Shown here: one piece after another, positions 50,310 through 59,134 of the stretch | How positions within the stretch are numbered: the stretch's first letter is position 1 | Layout of the letters: the number at the start of each line of letters is the position of its first letter | NCBI GenBank assembly: GCA_019358935.1 | Contig: JAHHIK010000024.1 | Coordinates: 1 to 64,000, forward strand | Origin: Tolypothrix carrinoi HA7290-LM1 | Lineage (GTDB): Bacteria; Cyanobacteriota; Cyanobacteriia; Cyanobacteriales; Nostocaceae | DNA length: 64,000 bases | Direction of reading: 5' to 3' | Translations under genes and position numbers: made by a program | The notes under the pieces: generated by a model | The model's input: the letters and a program-made list of their open reading frames with translations, nothing else | What the model was told of the DNA's origin: nothing | Databases searched by the model: none

Positions 50310-50732
50310 CTAGAACCCTTCTGGAATTGCGCCTGGTGATGGTAGAATTTTCTCTAGCAAGCGCAATGTTTTCCGAATTACATTAGAGTATTCGGTTCCC
50401 TGTTTAATGGCTTCTTCAATTTCATTGGAGAGGGCGTTCATACTTTCGTAATCAAGTTCTCCTATCAATTCCATATGCTGAACTTTTCGGCACATGCTTA
50501 TTGCTGGATTAACTTCTTCAGGTGAGGTGATTAAAACCTCTAGAGGTGACGCACCTTTTGGACCCGCTCGTTTTATAATTTTGATAATTTCTCCGGGCTT
50601 CCTCTCAATCACAGAATTTGCCATGTCGGGATAAAAAGGTGTAAAAAGGTCGCGTAGTAATTGGTCGTTGGCAGCAATGTTTTCATCTACAGGATGTTGT
50701 TGTCCCTCAAAAGACACTATTACTTTAACCAT
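50310..50732 (-). CDS. Ubiquitin-like protein (PRTRC protein C-like) with C-terminal extension
   Basis: LRDLFTPFYPDMANSVIE...IKIIKRAGPKG followed by ~80 extra residues. Confidence 0.7.
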   Translation of the reverse strand: MVKVIVSFEGQQHPVDENIAANDQLLRDLFTPFYPDMANSVIERKPGEIIKIIKRAGPKGASPLEVLITSPEEVNPAISMCRKVQHMELIGELDYESMNALSNEIEEAIKQGTEYSNVIRKTLRLLEKILPSPGAIPEGF

Positions 50733-50760
50733 AGTAGAATTATTGTGTTTAAATGTTGAA

Positions 50761-51477
50761 CTAGACCCCAAACAGCGTTAGCTGTGTATTTTTGCTGGTA
50801 GGGTTTTCTTCTTTGGTTTTGATAGGGAGAGAAGCAGCGGGTTGTTTATTTTTGGTTTTCTTAAGAGCCGCGTAGGAAATAGCCCGTCGCACTTGTCGGT
50901 TGGGAAAATCTGCTACTAATTCGTTAAGAAGGTCAGTGATAGCAGGTGGTAATTCGCCCATTTCATAAAGTCGCAGCATTTTATTAACAGGAAAGTCGCC
51001 GTGGCTACTGGCTGCCAGCATCACCTTTCTACCTTCGGGAGAGTTGTCATCAGGTAGAAAGGTAATGGTTAGCTTTACTGTGCATTTTTCAAAGATGTAC
51101 GGTTCTAATTGTTCTTCTTTTGAGTTTGTTTCAGACTCGAAGTTTTTGGATTCTGAGTCGTCATCATTCAATTCGTCCACTTCGTCATTTAATAAAGCTG
51201 CATCTGGCGCGTCAACTATTGGTTTTTGTTCATCTGGCTGTGAATCATCTGAAGAGTTGTCGTTAAGTTCATCATTTTTGGACGCTGGTTGGAGAAGTGC
51301 CAAGTAATCAGACGCACCTGAAGACCAGCGATCGCGCTCAAAAAGAAGTCCTAATTCTTGGAACCGTTCTTCTGTTGTTTTATGCTTTTGAGAACGATTG
51401 GGGTAAGTTTTGAGAGTAGCAGGGCTAATTGAAAGTTGAAGCAGTGAAACAGCTTGTTCTGGAGTTAGCCAGTTCAT
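50761..51477 (-). CDS. Acidic hypothetical protein (PRTRC protein E-like), first gene of the cassette
   Basis: Acidic linker, VKLTITFLP segment and QLTLF C-terminal motif. Confidence 0.55.
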   Translation of the reverse strand: MNWLTPEQAVSLLQLSISPATLKTYPNRSQKHKTTEERFQELGLLFERDRWSSGASDYLALLQPASKNDELNDNSSDDSQPDEQKPIVDAPDAALLNDEVDELNDDDSESKNFESETNSKEEQLEPYIFEKCTVKLTITFLPDDNSPEGRKVMLAASSHGDFPVNKMLRLYEMGELPPAITDLLNELVADFPNRQVRRAISYAALKKTKNKQPAASLPIKTKEENPTSKNTQLTLFGV

Positions 51478-51717
51478 GATGCGTGTTTTCTACAATAGTC
51501 AATTGTTCTGCTTGTGGGGGCGATCGCCCCTTGGACTACAGATTTTATGGTTTTCACACTAGGAAATTTGGGGTTTAGTTAGTCGTGAAGCGTTAATTCA
51601 GTAATTCAATCGAAGAACGTTAGATCGGCGTTTCAGTGCTTACAAATCAATCATTTAGCCGCTAAAATCCATTTATTGCTTATTACTGAATCAGTGTTGT
51701 GGTGCTATTGAATCGTG

Positions 51718-51981
51718 CTAGTTGTTTTCGTCGCTCAGTAACAGAAGTGGATCTGGATCATCGACTTCTTCTCTGACACCAGCAGTCATAGCATCGGCTA
51801 TGCTTTCTCGGATATCCCCCAGTATTTGGAATAATTTACCGTCTTTAATTGGGAAAACAATTGCGATTGTGTTGTGTTCGTCGCTGATTCCTAAAACAAT
51901 TTTTTCTCGGTCAATGTGATGGGAGAGGGTGTCCAGTGTGGATACTTCAATAGTTTGATATTGTTGGTTACTTCTTTTCAT
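51718..51981 (-). CDS. Hypothetical protein
   Basis: 87-aa ATG ORF co-oriented with neighbours. Confidence 0.45.
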   Translation of the reverse strand: MKRSNQQYQTIEVSTLDTLSHHIDREKIVLGISDEHNTIAIVFPIKDGKLFQILGDIRESIADAMTAGVREEVDDPDPLLLLSDENN

Positions 51982-52223
51982 GTTGCTATAGTGCGCGTGA
52001 TGGCACGAGTATTCTTTGATAATGGTTGTTGAAAGGAGGAGATAAGTGTGAAGATAAATTTGGCATAGCGTGAAAGGGAAGTAGTTTAAAGGGGTGTAAT
52101 TTATGCGAGAAGTGAAATGACCATTGATAAGATATGCGTATTCGCTCTTATAATCAGTTGTACTTCGTTTGCTAATTCCTCAAGCACCAAATATGCTCAT
52201 TTTATGGTGCTTGAGTGTATGAA

Positions 52224-52832
52224 TTACTTCACTGCGGAGACTTTTTTTTTTCCATTACGTTTTTGATGGTTATCTTGAACGTCTTGGATGTTTTTCGGAA
52301 TTATTCCGTACTCGACTTTTCGCTTGCGTTCTATATGCGTACCGTCTACGGGTATGCCTTTTTTCCAATCAGCGATGATTCTCTTTTTGTCAGGAGTAAC
52401 CACTTCTTTTCGGTTGATGTACTCTTGGGGTAATTCCTCCGTAGGAATCAGTACTTCACAACTAGGCGGGTTTTCTTTGATAGTAATGTGGCGGGATTTG
52501 CCCACTAATTTATCTGGTAAAATTCCAGTGGAGTGGAAGTACAGTAGGGTAGAATCCAAGGAAAGTCGCCAGCGTTGCAAGCGATCAAGTGCCGTTTTAT
52601 GAATTTCTACTAAATGTTCAAGGCGTGCTTTGATCCCAACTATTTCAGCATCCAGCTGCAAAGCTAGCTCGGCTTGGGTATCAGTTGATGTTTCTTGGTT
52701 TTTATGGTTTTCCCAGAGTGCTTTGAGAATAGCTTCCTCTTCTTCTGGAGTTTGGGCGCTTTCTAACTGTGTCCAAAGTTCAACAGCTTCAAATGAATAT
52801 TTGGCTAAGGTTGCTTGAGCTAAGTAAGACAT
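52224..52832 (-). CDS. Siphovirus Gp157-family protein
   Basis: Coiled coil, then ITIKENPPSCEV...ELPQEY...PDKKRIIADWKKGIPVDGTHI. Confidence 0.85.
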   Translation of the reverse strand: MSYLAQATLAKYSFEAVELWTQLESAQTPEEEEAILKALWENHKNQETSTDTQAELALQLDAEIVGIKARLEHLVEIHKTALDRLQRWRLSLDSTLLYFHSTGILPDKLVGKSRHITIKENPPSCEVLIPTEELPQEYINRKEVVTPDKKRIIADWKKGIPVDGTHIERKRKVEYGIIPKNIQDVQDNHQKRNGKKKVSAVK

Positions 52833-52834
52833 TT

Positions 52835-53008
52835 TTACCACCTTCCGCAGCTATGTTTGTAGTCCCATTCGGCTTCAATTTGGTTGATGATAACCATAGT
52901 TTCTGAATCAAGTTTTTCTTCAGATGACATGGGAATTGGTAGGATATTAATGGTCGTCTGATGTTCAAATGTGGATAACTTTGGTTTTGTAACTCGTTTT
53001 GGCATCAT
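52835..53008 (-). CDS. Small hypothetical protein (57 aa) coupled to gp157
   Basis: MMPKRVTKPKLSTFEHQ...EAEWDYKHSCGRW*; the stop lies 2 nt before the gp157 ATG. Confidence 0.55.
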   Translation of the reverse strand: MMPKRVTKPKLSTFEHQTTINILPIPMSSEEKLDSETMVIINQIEAEWDYKHSCGRW

Positions 53009-53529
53009 TGTTAGTGCTACTAGAAATGGCTATAGTGTTGAAAGTTAGGACGTGGGAGTAATGTTGCTAACATTTAACGCTCATAGCGCGGTAGCGCGGC
53101 AATGCGTGCAACGAATGCTCAATTGACTTTAAGAGGGTATTGATGCGGTTGAAAGAAGCGTTATGGATGGTCAATATTCCTTAGGAAAGATGTTTTCAAT
53201 CTTTAAGCGGTAGATGGCATTAAAAAAATTTTGTGCCACTATAAGTTGATGGTTTGTGCAACTTTACTTATGAATTAGTCGTTGGTATTTGTCTTTTCTA
53301 ATGACGTGAATTTTTAGTTTTTATTAGGTTAAATTACATATTTACTAAGATACAAACAAAAGTGTTTTCCGTTTATCACCAGATTTCTAACTTAATTCAT
53401 GAGTCAATTAAGTTATGAATATATATGTTTAGATAATTTTATATATACAGCTTTTGATGTTAGTCATGTTGGTTATATCCGTGCCAAAATAATTTAAATA
53501 AGTATAAATAAATATTATGAAATTGAGTT

Positions 53530-54519
53530 ATGAGTAATGGTTTTTATCCAGTGGTTCTTTACCCGATGTTAGTCAACAGTTTTTGTGCAGAAAATCCCTT
53601 ACCAATTCAAGACTCAGGTGCTACACCAGAGCTTATTCCTCCTGTGCCGTCGCGATCGCCTAAGCGTTTTGAACGAGCTTACATTTGGGTACTACAGGGT
53701 TGGCTGATTAGCGTGGGGGTGTTAGTGGTGACTCAGTGGTTGTTTGGGCTTTCATTAGTTGCGTTTTCTTTAGCTTTGGGTTGCTCTGCAATTAGTGGAA
53801 TAGCGATTTGGTATTACTTGCTCAAGTGCGATTGTAGGGCGAAAACACGGTATAAACAACGATTGTCCGAGTATGAAAATCGTTTGAAAATGGCGACGGG
53901 TACTCAAAAGAATTCTTTAGTGTTGCAAACTCGTCAGAAGAAGCTGAAAGCTTTGCTCAATGGTCTTATTCAATTGCCCTGTAATTCCAGTAATGCCCAG
54001 CAAGGGGTAAGCGAACAGCAGTTTTTTCGCTATTTACTTCGTTATTTTCCAACTGTTTGTCAGGGTATGGAATTTCAAATCCCTGACTCGTCTTTTCGTT
54101 ACTCGGCTGATTTTATCCTTTACCACCAGCAATCCGGTTTAGGTGTAGACATTGAAGTTGACGAACCTTATGAGGGACGTACAGGAGAACCACATCATTG
54201 CATAGACCAAGGCAAGGACAGCCGTCGCAACCAATTTTTTATTGATAATAACTGGATTGTAATCCGATTTTCTGAAAAGCAAGTTGTGCAACATCCAGAT
54301 TCTTGCTGTAAAGTAATTGCTAGTGCGATCGCTAAAATTATTGGTGATTATAGTTGTTTAGTTTCTCTTCAAGATGTTCCGGCTTTGCCTTTTGATAAGC
54401 AGTGGACAATTAAAGAGGCAAAACGGATGGCGAAAACTAATTATCGGCAGTCTTACCTACCGAGGTTTTCGTTTTCAAAGCGTGTTCTTTCAGCACAAAC
54501 GAAGCAGCCGAAAAAGTAG
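53530..54519 (+). CDS. Membrane-anchored DUF559/Vsr-like PD-(D/E)xK nuclease
   Basis: Two TM helices, then YSADF...IEVDEPY...HH...DSRRNQFFIDNNWIVIRFSE. Confidence 0.75.
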   Translation: MSNGFYPVVLYPMLVNSFCAENPLPIQDSGATPELIPPVPSRSPKRFERAYIWVLQGWLISVGVLVVTQWLFGLSLVAFSLALGCSAISGIAIWYYLLKCDCRAKTRYKQRLSEYENRLKMATGTQKNSLVLQTRQKKLKALLNGLIQLPCNSSNAQQGVSEQQFFRYLLRYFPTVCQGMEFQIPDSSFRYSADFILYHQQSGLGVDIEVDEPYEGRTGEPHHCIDQGKDSRRNQFFIDNNWIVIRFSEKQVVQHPDSCCKVIASAIAKIIGDYSCLVSLQDVPALPFDKQWTIKEAKRMAKTNYRQSYLPRFSFSKRVLSAQTKQPKK

Positions 54520-54767
54520 GTGGTTAACCACCATCGCAGACACACCACAGTCTATGAGACAAATAGCTGGTGCTATTGGATACGAGGAGTGGAGATATAT
54601 TCCGATTTCCCCCGACTTATGCCATAAAATCTCAACACGTTAGATGTTACATAAACAGGCAATAATAAAGCCAGAAGTATAATGATGCTGAAGCCAAACA
54701 GTCTCATACTTACTCACTTATGTTTCCAGTGACACGCGCAAAGGCAACCGCGTACTGGGGTAATGAG

Positions 54768-54795
54768 AAAGGTATGGAAAATTTTCCATACCTTT
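54768..54795. terminator. Palindrome between convergent genes
   Basis: AAAGGTATGGAAAATTTTCCATACCTTT is a perfect palindrome. Confidence 0.5.
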
Positions 54796-54860
54796 AACCT
54801 GGAAAGCCAATTTGACCCACATCTTCCTTCAAGTATGTCAACTTTCAGACTCAGTAGACC

Positions 54861-56948
54861 TTAATTCAAAAGGCTTGCATTTATGTCCAAGTAGCCGCGA
54901 CGAGCTAGTTCCGCTCTTATATGTGGGTGGTTTTTTAGCTCAGGGTCAATTGCAAGTATTGAGATTGCGGCAGTCCGTGCGATCGCCAGTATTTCCTCAT
55001 CTTCTAACAGATTCGCCAAAACCAAATTTGACAGCCCAGATTGGCGAGTTCCCAACAATTCACCTTCTCCACGCAGCCGCATATCCATTTCAGAAATAAA
55101 AAAGCCATCTTGCGACTGTTCCAGCACAGCGAGACGACTACGCGCTTCTGCTGTTTTACTGCCATTTATCAGTAGACAGTAGGATTGGTGGGAACCGCGA
55201 CCGACGCGCCCCCGCAGTTGATGCAACTGGGATAAGCCAAAACGCTCGGCATTTTCAATCAGCATCACTGTCGCATTGGGAACATCCACTCCCACTTCAA
55301 CAACCGTAGTAGAAACGAGAATTTGAGTTTGGTTGTCGCGGAAAGCTGCAAGCGCCTCATCCTTCTGGGCTGGAGTCATGCGTCCGTGCAGTAGACCCAC
55401 TTTAAATTCGGGGAAGATTTTTTCCGATAGACGTTGATGCTCCTCAATAGCTGAACGCACATTCAGCTTTTCTGATTCTTCAATTAGGGGCAACACAATA
55501 TAGGCTTGATGTCCGAATGGCACTTCGCGGCGGATTAGGTCGTATGCACGAGTGCTTTTGGTCAAAACTTTGGTGCGGATTGGAGAACGTCCTGGTGGCA
55601 ACTCATCAATTTGACTGACATCCAAATCCCCATGCAACGTCAGCGCCAGTGTTCGAGGAATCGGCGTTGCCGTCATTGTTAGCACATGGGGTTGTTTACC
55701 TTTTTGCTGCAACTGCATCCGCTGCTGTACGCCAAACCTGTGCTGCTCGTCAATTACTACCAAACCCAGCTTATTGAAATTCACCTTGTCTTGAATCAGG
55801 GCATGAGTACCTACCAACAGCGGTAGTTCACCACTTTCAAGCTGGGCTTGTATGCATGAGCGTTTTGCAGTTTTCGTCGAACCCGTGAGCAGTTCGACGG
55901 GCAAGTGCATTTTGTTGAACCACGCATTTATCTTACGATAGTGCTGTTCTGCCAGCACCTCAGTGGGAGCCATCAGCGCCGCCTGGTAGCCAGATTGAAT
56001 GACGGTGAGTATTGCAACTACTGCTACTACAGTTTTACCTGCACCCACATCCCCCTGCACCAATCGGTTCATCGGCGTGGGCGATTGCAAGTCATTGAGA
56101 ATATCGTTGATGACTCGCTGTTGTGCTACTGTCAGATCGAAGGGCAATTGCGAATAAAATTGTTTAATTAGCGAACCAGTAGGAGCGATTTTCGAGATGG
56201 ATGCTCGTGCTTTGAAAAGGTGGCGGCGTTGAAGTAGCGACAGTTGGAGGTAGAAAAATTCATCAAAGACTAATCGGCGACGCGCAGCTGCCAGGGTTTT
56301 GCTGTTAGGGGGAAAGTGGATGTTAGCGATCGCCTTTTTTAACCTAATCAATCCATATTGCTGACGCACATACGCAGGCAAGGGGTCTTTTAGTTGATTA
56401 ATAACAGTTAAAGCAGTCTGGATGGCATTTTGAATTAGCTCCAACGTCACCCCTTTAGTTAAAGCGTAAATGGGGATAATTGAAGAAGACTTAGCTTTGA
56501 TGTCTGCTAACTCGATTACACTGAGTTCTGGATTATTTAAGGTTTTGCCCAAGTACGAGTCATCTTTAACTATTCCAAATACAGCAACGAGTCGAGTAGT
56601 GGAGTAAAGTTTTGATTGCTCACAACGCCATCGTTGCGATTGGTAATAAGGATGGTTATAAAAACGTTTACAAGTAATAGAACCTGTTTTGTCTTTGATT
56701 GTCCAAGTTTGGATTGTTAATTTTGGGTTTTTGGCAGGGCTGATGATTTCATGTTTTTTGATTATACCGATGATTGTAACGTTGTCACCTACTTTTAAAT
56801 TGGCAATTCTGACTCTGCGGTATTTTATATAGTCGCGGGGGTAGTAAAATAGTAGGTCTAGGATAGTATAAATTCCCAGGTTTTTAAGAAGTTTGCTGTT
56901 AGTTGGACTGATACCTGGTAAATTATGCAGGGGCTGGAATAAACTCAT
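54861..56948 (-). CDS. recG: ATP-dependent DNA helicase RecG (plasmid copy)
   Basis: DLLFYYPRDY, QGDVGAGKT, DEQHRFG, MTATPIPRTL, QLHQLRGRVGRG. Confidence 0.96.
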   Translation of the reverse strand: MSLFQPLHNLPGISPTNSKLLKNLGIYTILDLLFYYPRDYIKYRRVRIANLKVGDNVTIIGIIKKHEIISPAKNPKLTIQTWTIKDKTGSITCKRFYNHPYYQSQRWRCEQSKLYSTTRLVAVFGIVKDDSYLGKTLNNPELSVIELADIKAKSSSIIPIYALTKGVTLELIQNAIQTALTVINQLKDPLPAYVRQQYGLIRLKKAIANIHFPPNSKTLAAARRRLVFDEFFYLQLSLLQRRHLFKARASISKIAPTGSLIKQFYSQLPFDLTVAQQRVINDILNDLQSPTPMNRLVQGDVGAGKTVVAVVAILTVIQSGYQAALMAPTEVLAEQHYRKINAWFNKMHLPVELLTGSTKTAKRSCIQAQLESGELPLLVGTHALIQDKVNFNKLGLVVIDEQHRFGVQQRMQLQQKGKQPHVLTMTATPIPRTLALTLHGDLDVSQIDELPPGRSPIRTKVLTKSTRAYDLIRREVPFGHQAYIVLPLIEESEKLNVRSAIEEHQRLSEKIFPEFKVGLLHGRMTPAQKDEALAAFRDNQTQILVSTTVVEVGVDVPNATVMLIENAERFGLSQLHQLRGRVGRGSHQSYCLLINGSKTAEARSRLAVLEQSQDGFFISEMDMRLRGEGELLGTRQSGLSNLVLANLLEDEEILAIARTAAISILAIDPELKNHPHIRAELARRGYLDINASLLN

Positions 56949-57036
56949 GGTATTTGCAGAAATAGTAACGTGCGCGTTCCTCGTGATGTGGCACGAGTTT
57001 TGCTGCGTTTTAGCTGCGGTAGCAGTGTTTATAGTA

Positions 57037-57068
57037 AAAAGAAACCCCCGGTATCACCAGGGGTAAAA
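57037..57068 (-). terminator. Rho-independent terminator-like hairpin
   Basis: Minus strand ACCCCTGGTGATACCGGGGGT-TTCTTTT, between the primase gene and recG. Confidence 0.55.
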
Positions 57069-57239
57069 TTGTTGTTCCTACATAGATAAATCGTCAAAAT
57101 GTGACTTACTTTTCGACTTTTCTAATGTTTAATTGTCCGATTTTGTTTTGAATAAATCGATTAAATGTCCGATTTATTTTGTAGAATGGTATTAGGATAT
57201 TCGTTCCAAGCCGCTACGCAATGGCAGGGAGTGCCCGCA

Positions 57240-58538
57240 TTAAGGCGATCGCCACCAATTGATGCTTCTAACAATTGAAGCTGCGTCTCGCGTAGGATAA
57301 GCGGGTTTGCTGTTGGCACTTTGCCAAATTGATAAAGCTTCTTCTGCGTCCAAGGGAGGGTTACAGCGTTTGCAGTATTGGCGGAATAGGCTTTGTGATG
57401 TCGGGTAGTAAGCTATGCCTTGCTCTTCCAAGATGGCAGATGTACCCAGTAAATTTCGTGCTAATTTATAGCCTGAGTTGTTGCGATTTCCTTGTGAGTC
57501 TCCTTGTTTTATTAGAGTTTGGTCACTTTGGGTTAAACATATAGACAATGGAATGCCTTGGGCGCTACCGCGCAGCTGTTTTAGAGGTAAAGTGCTGTTT
57601 TGGCGGTAGAGTGGCTGCATTGTCCTACGCTTGCTGTGTAAAAGCAAACGCTTATTCGGGATGCCTTGCTGCAACTCTTTTACCAACAGTACGCAGCTTG
57701 GGTTTACGTCTTCTCCGTTGTGTTTTTTTCGGAGGAGATAAACCCATTTTCTCCATCGTTCATCTGATAATCCATAGGGGAATAAGCCAGTTGAATCAAA
57801 TGCACTCTCTAGCTGCTCTGGACTGTACTGGCAATTAGACCACTGCTCAACAGTGATTGGGATTGGTTTACTTAAGCACCCATCAACAACTCGCCGCCGA
57901 AATAATCCTGGTAGCCGCATCGCACGAGCTAAGTTGCAGATAGCTGGATCTGAGGTTTGGGTTATAGCCAGTTTGCGATTGAGTACTAACCATTGTTCAG
58001 GAGTTAAAGCAGTTTTGGCGCGGAAATAGCAATGCAGCGATTTCCCTCCAGTGAATACAACAGCAGCAGGCTCTAACTTTGTTTTCTGTTTGAGTTGTTG
58101 CAGTGCGATCCACTGATTCTCTAATGGCAGATCGTCAATTTCATAGAAGATTGTTTGGCAGCTTTTAACGTGGTTGTTGCTGATGCCACGGGTTGGTTGA
58201 TTCGGGTAAAAACTAATTGTTGCACCGATACGAGACAGTTTAAAGACATGAGCAAAGCCGTCTGTGTGTTTTTTAGTTGACTGCTTCCAAATCGTATTGC
58301 CGCATTTGTCGCGTCCTCCATATGTGCATTTGGTTAGGCTAAAGCCTTTGCGAGTAATCTTACCGCAAAAAATATATTGACAATAAACGGTTTTGTTACT
58401 TATGCGGTATCTTCTCCAACTACTAGGGGCTGGTTCTGTTTTGTGATCCCAAGAGGCTCTGATCCAAATTTGGGTTCCTATGGCAAAGCCTATGGTTTTG
58501 AGAAAACGGATGGCTGTTTTTCTTGGCTGATTGCTCAT
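57240..58538 (-). CDS. Archaeo-eukaryotic primase (RepB'-like) with PriCT-type C-terminal domain
   Basis: FYEIDD, VFTGGKSLHCY, DPAICNLARAMRLPG; C-terminal GNRNNSGYKLA...CNPPLDAEE..SIWQSA. Confidence 0.8.
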   Translation of the reverse strand: MSNQPRKTAIRFLKTIGFAIGTQIWIRASWDHKTEPAPSSWRRYRISNKTVYCQYIFCGKITRKGFSLTKCTYGGRDKCGNTIWKQSTKKHTDGFAHVFKLSRIGATISFYPNQPTRGISNNHVKSCQTIFYEIDDLPLENQWIALQQLKQKTKLEPAAVVFTGGKSLHCYFRAKTALTPEQWLVLNRKLAITQTSDPAICNLARAMRLPGLFRRRVVDGCLSKPIPITVEQWSNCQYSPEQLESAFDSTGLFPYGLSDERWRKWVYLLRKKHNGEDVNPSCVLLVKELQQGIPNKRLLLHSKRRTMQPLYRQNSTLPLKQLRGSAQGIPLSICLTQSDQTLIKQGDSQGNRNNSGYKLARNLLGTSAILEEQGIAYYPTSQSLFRQYCKRCNPPLDAEEALSIWQSANSKPAYPTRDAASIVRSINWWRSP

Positions 58539-58585
58539 TGTATACGTGCAGCGGTTATAGCTTTGTTTTCCAAGAGCGTCGGATT

Positions 58586-58795
58586 TTATGTACGCTCTGC
58601 ATGGAACGCAGCAGCGATCGCTGCACGGGAATGCCGCTTTTTATCCGAGGCATGGCGCTCTTGGCATTGAGCCAAAATTATTGTAAGATTATGTAATTGA
58701 GTCTGGAAATTATTGTTAAATTTAGCTCGCAACCATTTTTCATCAATTAACGCTACACGATAAAGTCTAAATATACGGTTGACAGTGGATGGCAT
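58586..58795 (-). CDS. Small hypothetical protein
   Basis: 69-aa ATG ORF directly upstream of and co-oriented with the primase gene. Confidence 0.35.
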   Translation of the reverse strand: MPSTVNRIFRLYRVALIDEKWLRAKFNNNFQTQLHNLTIILAQCQERHASDKKRHSRAAIAAAFHAERT

Positions 58796-59134
58796 TAAGC
58801 AAATATATGTGTGTTGATTGGCAATTAGAGATGAGAAGTTTTGCTAAATCTGTCTTCCAATAATTTTTCATCCAAGTACCACTTAAATCAAAATTTATCT
58901 ATCTGTAGCTAAATCGTTAATTAGTTAAGTAGAAACTAAAAAATAAATTTCGGTTAAGCAGGAAACACTCAACAGGTAAGCAATAAAGATGGCAGTATCG
59001 CGCACCCGTGTTGCCCAGTGTTGGCTCTAACTGTATACATCCGTAACCACTGTATACAGGTGGCATTACACGAAATGGCTCATTTGACTACACTTTAATA
59101 CTAGGAAGGATGTTCATTCCTAAGGTCTCCCGTT

